This document shows, piece by piece, positions 13,333-26,120 of a stretch of DNA of 64,000 bases; positions within the stretch are counted from its first letter, which is position 1, and every line of letters starts with the position of its first letter. The position numbers and the translations under genes are program-made. This DNA is from Podarcis tiliguerta. Lineage: Eukaryota. The stretch is taken from NCBI GenBank assembly GCA_965153285.1, contig OZ229123.1. One strand, 5' to 3'. Below the pieces are notes generated by a model. The model had not been told where the DNA came from. It saw nothing but the letters and a program-made list of their open reading frames with translations, and searched no databases.

Positions 13333-14760
13333 ACCGAAAAGCGATTAACTCTTTAATTCATAATTGGTGCTTCAGAAATACTGTACAGAATTTTACCATT
13401 GAAAGAAACCCTTTTTTTTAGTTTTTACCTTGAGACTTTTTTTTAAATTACCTGCAATCCAAAAAAAGAAAAAGAAACAAAAAAACGGATGGAAACTTTC
13501 TACAACTGCTGAACATCATAAAATATACCCTGTAAATGTCACAGTAATTAATGCCCTGGAATAGAACATCTCAAATGCTGCTTAGTTACAGACTCAGGTT
13601 GATTGTGTTATTCATGTGATGTTGCTCCAAGTCTACACACCTGGTGCAAAGGGGCGAGGAAACCACAGAATTATCAAGCTGCAACTGATAGTCTCTTATT
13701 TAATTTAAAGACTTATTTAAAAATTTCACATCCAACTAGAGTTTTTGCAAGAGCTTCATCTGTTTTTTCTGTGATGTCTGCTACTAGAAACTCGATCCAT
13801 TCCCTCCCACCCCGTCGGAATCCAGTCTTGGACTATGTGAAACGTGCCGTTCGGACTCTTTACCAGTTTTTGAATGTATCTTGGAACATGTCTGAAGACC
13901 CCTTGCCTGCTGCAGCCACTCCCATGGATAGGGCTGTCTCTCTGGGCCCTGCGATGTCTCCAACCACCTGCCAGCTGGCCATTTTCAGGGTGTTTGAATG
14001 GCCAGGCTTGTCGTCTCACCCATGAACTTGTTACGGCTGGTGCAGGGATGTCTCCGGCAGATGTTTGCCCCCCTCTCCTTCTGTCTCTCCCACTACACTC
14101 TCTCTTGCTGCATTTCAGTTTTCCTCCTCTGAAGGCTTCTGCCTTTGGCTCTTGTTCACTCTGTGGGGCTTCTTCTTTCCTGTTCTGTGCACTTTCTCTC
14201 TCTCTCCTTCCCCTACTCTCCCCCCACCCCATGTTTAGCTTCTATTTCCCTTGTCTCCTGTCTCTGCCTTTCCTTGATTCCACTCTTGCAGCTGCCTGTC
14301 CCCAGCATCTGTTCCACGGCTCTTTCAGACGCCCACAGATGACGGCAGTGGCGGCAGCGGGGTCTCCCTGCGTCGTTCCGACAACGGCCAGCAGGAGCCA
14401 TCCTCATACATCCACTATGTTTTTGTGTTTTACTATAGCGTTGCTTGTCTTGACGGGGTCTCAGTTGTCTGGTCCTTGTCCCTTCAAAAGTTTCTAGTTA
14501 CAGACACATTCATACTGTGATTTAATTTTTTTATGATGAATTGCTATCAAACTGTGATACACTTAATTCACTGGTCCTGCATCAGGAGACGGAGTGGGGA
14601 AAACTGTATTAAATACAGTTCATCTGAATAATCTGTCTGGTTTATACAAGCTGTGTTGTTCAGAGATGTCTAAAGTTTGATCTTTTGTTTTTTTAAAGAT
14701 AAAGCACTTGCCCCACTTGTAAATATATGGCATGTAAAATTTATATAGTATATAAATACA
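13333..14760 (+). other. USP42: USP42 3'UTR (end approximate)
   Basis: Follows the stop; AU-rich; ATTAAA at 14608, Pumilio-type TGTAAATA at 14718, TATAAA near 14751. Confidence 0.55.
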
Positions 14761-15547
14761 ACAAGTCAAAACAATGTTCCTCAATGTACACTGGTTTCCA
14801 TCTAGTGTGTAGTGTTATGTTTTCATTTTGTTCTACACCAATGACTTTTAACGAAGTTTATATTCTTGATGCTCTCTGCTCAGGCTGTCTGCTCATGGTG
14901 GTATTTTGTATATCCCCAGCTAAGGGTGAATCGTTTAATGTAATAACTACTCACTTACTGTATAGTGTGTGTGTCCTCTGGTTAAGTGATACAGCAGCTG
15001 TATATTTTATTCAAGAAATCACACTCTGGTTGATGCGCCTTTGCTGCAGTTGCAGAGAGCTAGCATCCTGGCTTCTACACGATCAAGTTTTTGAAGCGTA
15101 TGTTCTTGAACTACCTCTTCACCATCCTTGCCCACTGGCTGTCTGGGGCTAATGAGAGTTATTGGTGGACTACAGGTTTGCCACCCATGTTTTAAAATAA
15201 CCCTTTAAGTGCAGAGCTGAAAACGTGGATGTTGTCAAGATATGCCAAAGGAGTTGGAAGTAAAAAAGATTGTTGATGAGTTTCAACCCTCACATGAGAC
15301 ATCACTGCTGAAAAAGAGGGTTGGGGTAAATTGTCTGACAGGGTGTACGTCTGATTTAAGTACAATTACCAGTGTCATGCCTATGTCTGCATGCTCAGAT
15401 GTAAGATTGCCAACAGTGTGTCTACGCAAGTGACAACCTGCGTTTATCAAGGGACCACAAGGGACACACTTGACAACAAAATGCCTCTGGGTCCAGGTGC
15501 TTGGAGTGTGTGTATGTTATAGAAAAGCAGCACTTGGAACTCAAACT

Positions 15548-15553
15548 TTTATT
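15548..15553 (-). terminator. Probable distal CYTH3 polyadenylation signal AATAAA
   Basis: + strand tttatt, at the end of an AU-rich block with a Pumilio-type TGTATATA (15745-15738). Confidence 0.55.
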
Positions 15554-17638
15554 TTTGAGAATGAAGTTCCCTCTGCAATGTATTTTGTTAACTAAATACT
15601 TGCAGTGGATTTAAAACAGTCATACAAGATTACCATAGATATTTGTATAACAGTTTATAGATACAGAATAGTCCATGCAAATTCATTGGCATACGAGAGT
15701 AACAAACCTTCAAAATCAATAATACACAGATGTACAGTATATACATTTAACTGTCAATAAGAAACATTCTTCAAGAAAATATAGAAAGAAAAGGTGGTGA
15801 GCTACAGGTTAGTTTGCAGCATGTGGGCTCTAATGGCCTGTGCAGATGTAACACTGGTTCCTTGCATGCCAACAGCCAGCACATTTTCTCCCCCTCAACC
15901 AGAGCAGCATTAGTGCTAATGGAATGCTAAGCTTTCCACTCTCGAAGAGGAAATTGTGGGCAGAGGAGAGAGAGTGCTTATTGCTTCTGAGGATGCATCT
16001 TGATTTTGCAAGCAATGGTCAGTAGAGAGTATTACATCTGCACTGGATCCAAGAGACCTTTCTTCCAGCAAGCATATCTAGAAAGATATGTACTACGTTT
16101 TTTAAAAAATAGGCATTTTTAATACAAAGCACTGTAAATGCTGCTCACTTTATAAAGTACTGCACACTTCAACACATCCAAAACCTTAAGTGACAGAGCA
16201 AAGCAAAATTCTCTCTTCCACCCCCACCCACCCACCCACCGACAACCTCCCTCAGGTTAGGTTCAGCACCTGTCAGGCCAGCTGAACTTAAAGTGCTTTT
16301 TAAAACTCCCCCCTTCAAAAACCAGAGTCCTCAAGGCTTGAAAAGCAGCACTGGGCAAAAGGGAATGGCATGAAGCTTAACACTCTGTTCTCGTGGGTCT
16401 GGTTTGCATGACTATGGCTTAGGGGGGACCATGCAAACATGCTGACTCCTGAGGGGAAGGAAGCCTGCATTCACTTTGTGCCACCCTGGTCCCTGTGGCT
16501 TAGCATGTCTTCTGAACCTGCCTCATGGTTAAGCTCCTTAACTACAAACAATAATTGGGGGGGTGATGCTACAGCTCATGATTAAGGAGAAGAGTGCATA
16601 ACCATAAGTCCCAGTTCAGATAACACAATAAGAGAATGGTGGGGGAAATCTTACTACTTCATGGAACAAGGTCAGGGAATGTGAATAGGACAGAAGTGGA
16701 GACAGCTTCCTGAATAACACCCACAGAAGTACCCAATGCCATTTGCCTCCGCTGCTTTCAGCCTCTGCGGTTCTCGCTGCTTTCAAAAGCTACAACTCCC
16801 CAAGACCAAGAGTTAGGTTGAAGAAGAGGTTTATTTTGTATTTTCAAAAAGGTAGTACCTCAACCAAAGCCAAAAGCTTTCACAAGCCACTCCTGCAAAT
16901 TAGCTAGCTTGCTTTACTGGCCTCTGGAGGTTTTGGCTCAAATTCAATCCCTACTAATACTGTTCCGTACACACATCTGCAACCATTCTATAGCTGGAGA
17001 AAGGATGCTGCGGGGCACTTTAGCAGGATGCTTATAGAGCATCATGGTTACTCGGTTTACATGTTCTTTGCTGACAGAGGACTCTTAGACAAAAATAAAC
17101 CAGAGAAGAATCACCGGCATTGCCAACCCATTTAAATTCAATCCCCTAAATGCACGTGCTAGAAAAAGGGCTGTGGAAAGCCAACAGGGATCGGAGCGCA
17201 TGATTTTTAAAAGGTCAAAATTTTTACAGTGATTTCTGCAGAACTTTTGGGGTGATCTAGTGAAATCTGACAATGAAGTACTGGGCAAATTGATCAGGCC
17301 TTTCTAGCATCAGTCTGCACTAGATCTGCCCAGTTAAAACTAGGATCTGGAGTCAAGAGTATTTCCTCAGAAAAGGAAGGAACACCTGATAGGTCTGGTC
17401 AGAGGAACCCTACGTCTAGTCTGCTAAGAACAAAGAATTCCCTCGAGAAGGTAATATAGAGAAAAGACAGAAAAGACAAGCAAAAGAAGGTTCACCCAAG
17501 CAATAGGATGGCAAACCACACTGGCCCTCCTACAAATACTTTTTCAGGATTATAAAGAGATGGCAGACAACTGAAAGATATTAATTATCTGGGAAGGAAA
17601 AACCCTAGAATTTACTTACACCTATGTTTTACACCTAT

Positions 17639-17984
17639 GGGACGCGGGTGGCGCTGTGGGTTAAACCACAGAGCCTAGGGCTTGCCGATCAGAAGGTCGG
17701 CAGTTCGAATCCCCACCACGGGGTGAGCTCCCGTTGCTTGGTCCCTGCTCCTGCCAACCTAGCAGTTCGAAAGCAGGTCAAAGTGCAAGTAGATAAATAG
17801 GTACTGCTCCGGCAGGAAGGTAAATGGCGTTTCCGTGCGCTGCTCTGGTTCGCCAGAAGCGGCTTAGTCATGCTAGCCACATGACCCGGAAGCTCATGAC
17901 TCGGGCAATAAAGCGAGATGAGCGTCGCAACCCCAGAGTCGGTCACGACTGGACCTAATGATCAGGGGTCCCTTTGCCTTTACC
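17639..17984 (+). mobile_element. Sauria SINE (in CYTH3 3'UTR, antisense to the mRNA)
   Basis: gggacgcgggtggcgctgtgggttaaacc...gttcgaatcc...cctttgcctttacc; near-identical to the 9825-10176 copy apart from a small internal deletion. Confidence 0.92.
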
Positions 17985-18253
17985 TATGTTTAACGAAGAA
18001 GAAGAAGAGGGATCTTCACAAGCAGATCTTTGTGAATATTACTAGGTTGTTTGTTACAGATGGTAAAGAGCAATCAAAATTTTCTTAGTTTGCTAGAACA
18101 AAACTTGCTAGGAGGCCAACTACTCTGATTAAGAAATTACATGATGGGAGTAGCTGCACCATTACAGTACTGCAAAAACAGCAGGATGCTTGGGATAAAT
18201 AATCTCTACCCTCAGATATCTTTTGGTATCTGCATACATAGACCTATGAATTA

Positions 18254-18255
<2 letters not shown>

Positions 18256-18292
<37 letters not shown>
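18256..18292. repeat. (CT)n microsatellite
   Basis: Direct reading. Confidence 0.95.
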
Positions 18293-18293
<1 letters not shown>

Positions 18294-18735
18294 GTGTGCC
18301 GGGGCATCCTGGGGTACCTTGAATGATGGTCAGGGGTGCCACGGGCAACACTGGCCTGTCCTTTCCTTCCCTCCCTCCTCTGATGCCCTCTCACGTCTCT
18401 GCCTCCCAAAGGCTTCCACAGCTATTTGTTGCCACATCCCTGGCTATAAGCTCCCCAGGTGAACAGTGCCTCTGAGAGGCACCTCTTTTTGGGCCAGGGT
18501 GGGGGCAGCTCAGATCAGGGGCAGCAGCATTGGCTGCCCAGAGGACTCCCAAGTAGAGGAGACAGGAGAGGAGGCTGAGGGAACACTCCACAAGGGAGGG
18601 TGTTCGAAAAAGGGTGAGAGGCTGCCAGCTCTGGAGGTGAGGGGTGACATAACTGGCCTCCTGAACCCCACGGATGTCGCACAAAAAATGTAGTTGGTCA
18701 AGGGAGCCGTGGACTAAAAAGGTTGAAAACCTTTG
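18292..18735. mobile_element. Probable hAT-type non-autonomous element (approximate)
   Basis: GC-rich insert ending gggagccgtggactaaaaaggttgaaaacc, typical of hAT-Charlie termini; left TIR not resolved. Confidence 0.4.
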
Positions 18736-21629
18736 AAATAAGGCATCCTTTAAATATCTGGTAAAGAAACTCAAGTAGTTTGAGGAACAGAATTCAGGCA
18801 AGTTATACAATCTGAGAGATTAGCCTTGGAAGAACTCAAAAGACTTATCCAAAGTATGCTGGATAATAGCAGAAGTAAAGGCTCGGATATGTTCAGGGAT
18901 GGGAAAAGGTCTTTGGAACAAATCTGCCTAAGGAGATTTGGAACAAAATTAGTATTTACAATCTCTCGGTAAAGGATAAAAAAATATTTGCGCAATCTCC
19001 CCAAAGAATTTCCCAAAGATACAAAAGCCTTCCAGTAATCTGTCCAAAATGCAGGCAGAAAAGAATTTTTTTTCCATTGTTGGTTAAATCGCCATTCAGC
19101 AAATGTTTTTGAGCAAGGTAGGGTACCAATGACTATATTAAAATTAGACATTTTCATAACTTGCCCTGCCCCCAGGCATTCTACTAACAAATTTGAGGGA
19201 ATTAATGGATAAAAATAAAACTTCATTTTGAAAGTGATTCCAGTATTTGAAAAATACTGGAAAATTGCACCTATATGGAAAGCTGTACCTGCAAATTAGG
19301 TAATTTCTTTCACTGGCCTCATGGGCAAGCAAAAAGGTTTGGCCCAATTTCAATCCCTAATCATTCAGTTTCATAAGAACATCTGCGGCCATGCAAACAT
19401 TCTCTACCCTTAAGAAGTGTGTTATTTTCCACTTGGACAAGAAGCTCATGGAACACTGCAATTACTCCATTTACACAGTATTTGCAAACAGGGTTGCTAA
19501 TTAGATGGGTTAGAAATGTCAGTAATTTCAACACATTCACTGAGGGATTACATGTGACAAACTGAAACCAGGGAAGCGTAAAGCCAGACCAGACTATGGA
19601 TCAGAGTTCTGTAAAATATTCAAAAAATAATAATTGCCCACAATCTTAGGGTGAAATGCTGCAAAGCTATGGGTCCTCCAGGTGGTATTGAACTCCAACC
19701 TCCCATCAGTCCCAGCTAGCATGGCCGCTGGTCATGATTCTGCAAATCTACATCTAATTTCAGAGTTCAGCAAACAGAAACATCTAAATAAAAATGTCTT
19801 AATTCACCCTATAGAAGGCTGCCTCCATTATCTTCTAGAGCCACTGTGCTATTTATATTCAGATTCTCCTATGAGGCTGCAGTGCTGACCCTGTAACAAT
19901 CCTTCCCCATCAAGTTTTTTCACCTCCCATAATATCTACAGCTCTAACCATAAGAGATGCTGCCACCTGAGAGGACAGCAGTGGCTGCTTGCACAGGCCA
20001 ATGCTTTCCTCCTATGAATATTGCAGATATTAATTACATACATACAATAAACCAACAGTATCATACAATATACAAACAGTATCTTAAGGCTTTTGCTTTA
20101 TGCTTACTAAAACAAAAATGCAATCCCTGACTGACAGGTGATTTCAAAGCTCCAAGGTATCACTGCAGACAAATTTCCTATTCCTGTTATTTATTGGTTG
20201 TACTTGGAAGTACAATGGAATCAAATCTGAGTCTTCTTATCCTCAAACCATACAGAGCGGTCATTTTGGCATGTCACGTTTACCTGTGCTTTAGCACAAA
20301 TCTTGAACATGCCCCAGGCTAGCAGGACCCACCATCCCCTGTTCTCCTGCACACCCAGCAGAGGTGTTGATCCTGGCTTATTGTCCTGGTTTGTTAACCA
20401 ACGTTAAGCCAGAGTTCAGATGCAACAGGGGACTCTGGTTTAACAGTAACCAGAATCTTCACAGGAAGCTGGCACACAACAGGAGAATGTGAAAAGTGGG
20501 GAGGGCTTGGAGCCAGCTTCATAAACTATGGCTTATGAAAACTTGAATGATCATCCAAACTGTATCATTTTCAGTTGGCTATCCCAACCACCTATATGCA
20601 CACATCTTCATTAAGAAAGATGCAAAGCCCAGCAAGGATTCAGGCAATTCTGTACACTCTACTAACAATGGATAACTAATATTACGCATACACACATATA
20701 CTCTCTCTTTTTTGGCTTGCTCCCATTTAAAAAACAAAACAAAAATCTTGCTTGATTTTCCTGTGTGGCAATAAATAAAGAGAACAATTAAAGCTGGTGT
20801 TTTTGAAGAACTTTGGAGCCCTGCAAACCATTCTTAGTACATCCTTACACAAATATAAGATGATGCTGAATGTTACCAGACAGAACTGAGACCTGGGAAA
20901 GGCTTTTCAGGCTAACACTTGGAGAGGCAATGTCACACATCTCCAAAGCATCCAAAAACCAAAGATATGCTACACGGATACTGCCAAAACTCATGCTTGT
21001 AACCTTTTCATCTACGAGAACTTCATGTTTTCAGTGCATGACCATCTGTTTATGAGAGGGAGGCCTCTTAATCATATAGCTGCCAGGCTTGTGGCGGTTG
21101 TTTCTTTTTCAGTGTAACCTTCCTATCTATCCATAAGCTGGAGGATGGGGATTCTAAATGAAAGCACCAGAGACCGGATGTGAGCTTAATCAGGGCTCAA
21201 ACTTTCGCAGCATTGCGAAGGGAAGGGAAGGCTTGAACGAGGGAGAGAAAAGTACTTTTGCATACCCAGAAAGAAGAGTAATCTGCTAGCTGTGAATGTT
21301 AGATTCAGCAGCGGGTCACAATCCAGAACACAGGCTCCCCAAAACAGGAGAGGGACAGATTACATACCATCACCTCCTGGTTCAATGACACACATTGCCA
21401 CACACAAAACGGCACATAAGGTTTCCAAATTTTCAGTTCACATAGATCCATGTGCTTGAAACGTCTTCCAGCATCTCATGGAATATTATAAATGGGCAAA
21501 GAGAAGGTAGATGCTGCAGGAAAGTGACTACATTTCCAATACAAGTCTTGCTTTCTTGGAACTTTACCTTGGCTTTATAATGTACTAGCAATTTGGCTAA
21601 GGCAGATCCACAAGAGTCCCCTGTTAGTG

Positions 21630-21702
21630 CTATTTTTTATTAGCAATTCTTCTTTTTCTCGTTGCCAGCATATCATAAAAGGGATCCTTGCTGATACTTG
21701 CC
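21630..21702 (-). CDS. CYTH3: CYTH3 exon 13 coding part (ASISKDPFYDMLATRKRRIANKK*)
   Basis: ttag|G...TAG stop at 21632-21630. Confidence 0.97.
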
Positions 21703-22445
21703 CTAAGAGAACAGGAGATGTGAATTAGTTTTTAGATATGCACATTTGCTAGCCACACTGACAAATTTCCAAAGAGATTTGTTTTAGACATCATGGTTTG
21801 TGCTAACCATAGTTTAGAACCCAAATCACGTATACAGGCAAACCATGGTTTAGATTAAAGCTACTTACTTGTCTGCTTTCACGTTCTATCTGCTCACCAT
21901 ATCTATGGTGCAGCAGCCTCCAGAAACAGCTGTAACTAGGATCTATCAAAGCAGGCCTCTCACCAAATCAAAGTGAGCACAAACCATCATCCACAAAACT
22001 ATGTAAGGCAATGGTCTCTTATTCTGGCTTTCCAGTCAAACAGAAGCCATTACTGTTTCAGAGGCTAAGCTAAATCATTTTTTATTTTATTTTTCTTCTG
22101 CTTAATATAAAAAGACATCCCTAAGCTGAGGAATCCCATTTTGAGAATATTACAGTTCCTTGCAAAAGAGAAAAGAGGCTGAGAAAAATTAAAACACGCC
22201 TTTTGGGGGCATCATGCTTTTGCGCAGGTCATGTGACTCGCACAGCAGCGTGGCCCAGTTTTCCTCTGGGACATCTTGGAGGGCAAAGTGGCACTATTCA
22301 TGTAACTACCCCAAAAATATCAACATTTGCAATAGTAGGGCTCCACGGCTTGGCTTTTGAGAAAGAGGTCGTTTGCAGTACTTAGCTAATTGGGAACCAC
22401 TGCTTTAGGTGAAAGTTGCACATCTGTATTAGAGAGAGAACTCAC

Positions 22446-22600
22446 TTGATTGACTTGATCCATTCTTCTTTTTCTTCAGGGGTGGGGGCAGATATCCTGT
22501 AAACCACATGGTTGCCTTCTACCACTCTGCCATCTGCTTCCGTCTTACAAGCTTTAATGACTTGTCCTTTATGGCTGGGATTATACAACTCAAAGCAATT
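22446..22600 (-). CDS. CYTH3: CYTH3 exon 12 ([24 protein letters not shown]...EEWIKSI)
   Basis: ctag|AAT...AA|gtgagt; 155 bp. Confidence 0.97.
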
Positions 22601-23323
22601 CTAGGGAAACAGAAACACATATGGGGTAGTCTTGCAGTAAGGTTAAAAGCTTACTGCGAAATGATATATAATGAATGGAAAAAGATGTAAGATCAGCCCC
22701 AGTCTTTGAAACTGAGTTTGAAAACAAACTGCAAATGGGTATTAAAAGCAGTGTCTGGAAGTTTGGCACATCTGAAACACGGGAAAAGTATCACTAATTA
22801 AGAGTAAGGAAGAATCAGACTAGCCTAGGGATTTTTTTTGTTGCTGTTGCTAATCTGGGGATACGGTTTCTTCACTTTACTGAGACACCAAATAAGGCTT
22901 TCCCCCAGCAAATATTCTATGCTTTATTTATATTAGACCAACCCTGGTTTTTTGTTATCTTTATGTCATTTCTCTTGTCCTATCCAGCCTGTTCTGGTCA
23001 AGGGCTTCTTACGGTGTATGTGCAATTCTTTCTCTCTAATTTAGTGTTTTTCCAAATCTTTCAACAGAAAGGGAGAGTTGCACAGAATTATAAATTTGCT
23101 ATAAGGTTGGATTATCGTACAAAATAATGAGTTTCATTTAAGAGGACATCATATTAGAGAAGCATTCCGCCAAGGACGCCTCCAGTACTATCACTATCCA
23201 AAAAAACAGGAGCTGATTAAGATCAAAGCTGTGCTCTTATGCAGCTCATCTGGATTTTTCCTGTGTTTACAAAGCAGAGGTCCCTAACAGAATGGTATCT
23301 CATGAAGAAGGAGAAGGCCTTAC

Positions 23324-23395
23324 CGGTTTTCTCGGATCCTCAACTTCTCTTATGCTGAGATTTTCCAAAGGGATAATTCCTCTGGGTTCTTTGTC
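23324..23395 (-). CDS. CYTH3: CYTH3 exon 11 ([24 protein letters not shown])
   Basis: gtag|GAC...CCG|gtaagg; 72 bp, after a 91-bp intron. Confidence 0.97.
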
Positions 23396-23486
23396 CTACA
23401 AGTCCAGGAAAGACAGTGCTCAGTAAACAGCCCCGAGCTTGTGCTTGGCAGAAGTGACATTATGATTTGCAACCCAGCATACTCAC

Positions 23487-23563
23487 TGTTGTGTATTCAA
23501 AATAATATAGGCAATTATCTGTCAGTATAAACCATCTCCTTTTCCATGTTTTCACTCTTCCGC
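23487..23563 (-). CDS. CYTH3: CYTH3 exon 10 ([26 protein letters not shown]), PH
   Basis: acag|GC...ACA|gtgagt; 77 bp. Confidence 0.97.
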
Positions 23564-23876
23564 CTGTAAAGACATAAAGCACCTTCAAGTTACACCAGAG
23601 CATGCCAAGCTTCTGTGCGGCAGACAAACAGGAATTGGGTTAACTTGTTACTTCATTAAATGGTTAGGCTTGTCAAAAGACAGGCTTCGGTGAAAGCAAA
23701 CATATGAGTCAAGGTTGAATGAATGTAAGGGGTTATTGGGAATATCCTTTTGATATTACAAGGTGATGGTGTTGGAATGCCATCTTCCCCACTGCATCTG
23801 AAATGGAAATTCTTGTCCCTTTCCCCCCTCCATCCCCAATCAAACCCTTTCTTACCAAAAGGGGGGGAAACAAGTA

Positions 23877-24120
23877 CAGTGGTACCTCTGGTTATGAACT
23901 TAATTCGTTCTGGAGGTCCGTTCTTATCCTGAAACTGTTCTTAACATGAGGCACCATTAGCAAAAGCGCATCTTCCGCTACACGTGCATGCCTCTGGTCC
24001 ATTATTTCCGCTTGCATCCCGGGGCAAAGTTCACATCCGGGAGCAATTACTTCCGGGTTAGCACAGCTTGTAACCCAACGCGTGCACAACCATAAGCGTT
24101 CGTATCCAGAGGTACCACTG
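23877..24120. mobile_element. Tigger-like MITE
   Basis: Perfect 15-bp TIR cagtggtacctctgg; TA TSD. Confidence 0.88.
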
Positions 24121-24169
24121 TACACATTCTCTACATTTCTAATTCATTCTCAATGTAGAATCAGCAGAA

Positions 24170-24680
24170 CAGAATAGATAACAGAATCATAGAACTGAAG
24201 AGCTGGAACAGACCCCAAGGGCCATCTAGTTCAATCCCTTACAGTCAGTGGCGTAGCGTGGGGGGTGCGGGGGGGGCCGGCCGCACAGGGCGCAACATCT
24301 GGGGGGTAGGGTTAGGGGGCGCAAATCCACGGGTTAGGGGGTGCAAATTACTTGCCTTGCACCGGGTGCTGACAACCCACGCTACGCCACTGCTTACAGT
24401 GCAGGAATCACAGCTCAAGAATCCCTGACAGATAAGTCATCCAACCTATGTTTAAAAACCTCCAATGAAAGGAGACTCCACCCACTTCCAAAGTAGTCCA
24501 TTCCATGATCAAACAGCTCTTATGTCCAAAAGTTCTTCCTAATATTTAGTCAGAATCTCCTGTCTTGTGATTTGAATCCATGGGTTCAGATTCTACTCTC
24601 TGGAGCAGCAGGAAAAAAGCTTCCTCCATCTTCCATGTGAATATATTTGAAGATGGCTATCCTATCCTATCACCTCTCAG
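24170..24680 (-). mobile_element. CR1 LINE 3' fragment (approximate bounds)
   Basis: agaatcatagaa tail motif and catctagttcaatccc hairpin region typical of CR1 3' ends. Confidence 0.7.
24246..24392. mobile_element. hAT-type MITE nested in a CR1 3' end
   Basis: 17-bp TIR cagtggcgtagcgtggg; 8-bp TSD cttacagt (24238-45, 24393-400). Confidence 0.9.
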
Positions 24681-25760
24681 GGATATGATCTTCAAACAGA
24701 ACAGTTTCCACTTCAGCAAATAGCCTGGCAGTAAAATATGCTGTTCTGTGAGTACACCTGATGGTCATGTGAATGATAATATGTGTGATACAGGCACCTG
24801 TGCAAGGGTGGAGGGATGGGGAAGAGGAATTAGAGACAGTTTTTCATATTCCTCTTTAAGAAACAGAGGAATTCTTCCCATTCAGATCAGCTTCTGAAGA
24901 TATATGAAAGAGTAATTAGTTTAAATTCCATATGAAGAATCACTGTATGCCCAAACATTTGAAGTGGCTCAAAAAAATCATGTATGTGTTCCTTTTCAGG
25001 ATGTATAAGCTGCTTCACAAAATGCTCAAAGCAATACACCCAATGGACAACTTTAAAAAAACACCCCTTAAATTTATTTATTTATCAGATTTATATTTTT
25101 TAATCCAAAAAAAAAAAAAGCCCAGTATTTTTACTACAATATATTACAGCCTGATACTACAATAAAGCTACAACCCTGCACATGCTTGTCTCTGAAGATG
25201 CCTCACTGAACACTAAGACTTACTTTTTTGCAGGTGTGCCAACTCCTAGGGGCAGAGGGGTTTGTGGCCACCTCAGTATTTGCTGGCAGGAAGCTGAGCC
25301 TCCTTGATGTTGAGGGGGCAGAGGAGGCCGAGCGTGGCACGGTTCAATGGTTGGCTCCTCCTGAGCATGAGAGAGGAAGCCGCACTGTGTTGTGTTCCCT
25401 GATCAGCCGCCTCCTGACAATGCGTGTTGCACTTATGTGACATCATACATGCAACACACGAATGACATTGCAGGAGGAGGCTGAGTGGGAAGTCCAGTGC
25501 GGCGCAGCTTACTCTCTTGCACTCAGGAGAAACCAGCCATTGAACTACGCTGCTCTGTGCTCTGTGCTCGGCCTCCTCCTGATGATGCGACGTTGTGCAT
25601 AATGACATCACAAGCACCGCCCCCCCAATCTTGGGCACAAGATTCTTCTTTGCAAACATGAATACGATTCCACCGTTAGTGTCTTACAGCGAACAGACTA
25701 TACACCATTACTTGGTGGTAAGACCTAGTGACCAAAGTACTTTCATGTAGGATCAGGCTG

Positions 25761-25767
25761 CACACAC

Positions 25768-25809
<42 letters not shown>
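25761..25809. repeat. (CA)n(CG)n(CA)n compound microsatellite
   Basis: Direct reading; uninterrupted purine-pyrimidine alternation. Confidence 0.95.
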
Positions 25810-26120
25810 CAATAAGCAAGGGCAGTTCTTGCTTAATATGCAAAAGTCCTCTTGAATGGGCGCTGAACAGAGATCACCACCTTTTCCATTTTTCTGCATA
25901 CACGCACATGTAACGTGCAATAATTTAGCCATGTCTTTGAAAAGGAACACAAGGCATCCTCAAACCGCAAAATATATCTTACTCAGCATGAAGTGGTGAA
26001 CCACCAAGACCCCCACTTCCCTTTCCAGCATATGTTAAAAGTAGTAGAGCTCTTCTCCAGAAGCTCATCGTCAGATAGGAGCTAACACTAAATCACAACA
26101 TTGTCACAGCATCAAAACTA

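Larger units (their letters stand above)
2374..14760 (+). other. USP42: USP42 gene, 3' portion (5' exons upstream of window; 3' end approximate)
   Basis: Seven AG/GT-bounded exons join in one frame; the first six give peptides recognisable as USP42. Lies tail-to-tail with CYTH3, as in mammals. Confidence 0.93.

Noticed and set aside
13603-14497. ORFs of 140-207 aa downstream of USP42
   Set aside because: They lie in the 3'UTR, derive from pyrimidine-rich low-complexity sequence and show no recognisable domain.
17639-17715. tRNA gene (A/B boxes)
   Set aside because: It is the tRNA-derived head of a Sauria SINE; the same applies near 10100, 40100 and 3230.
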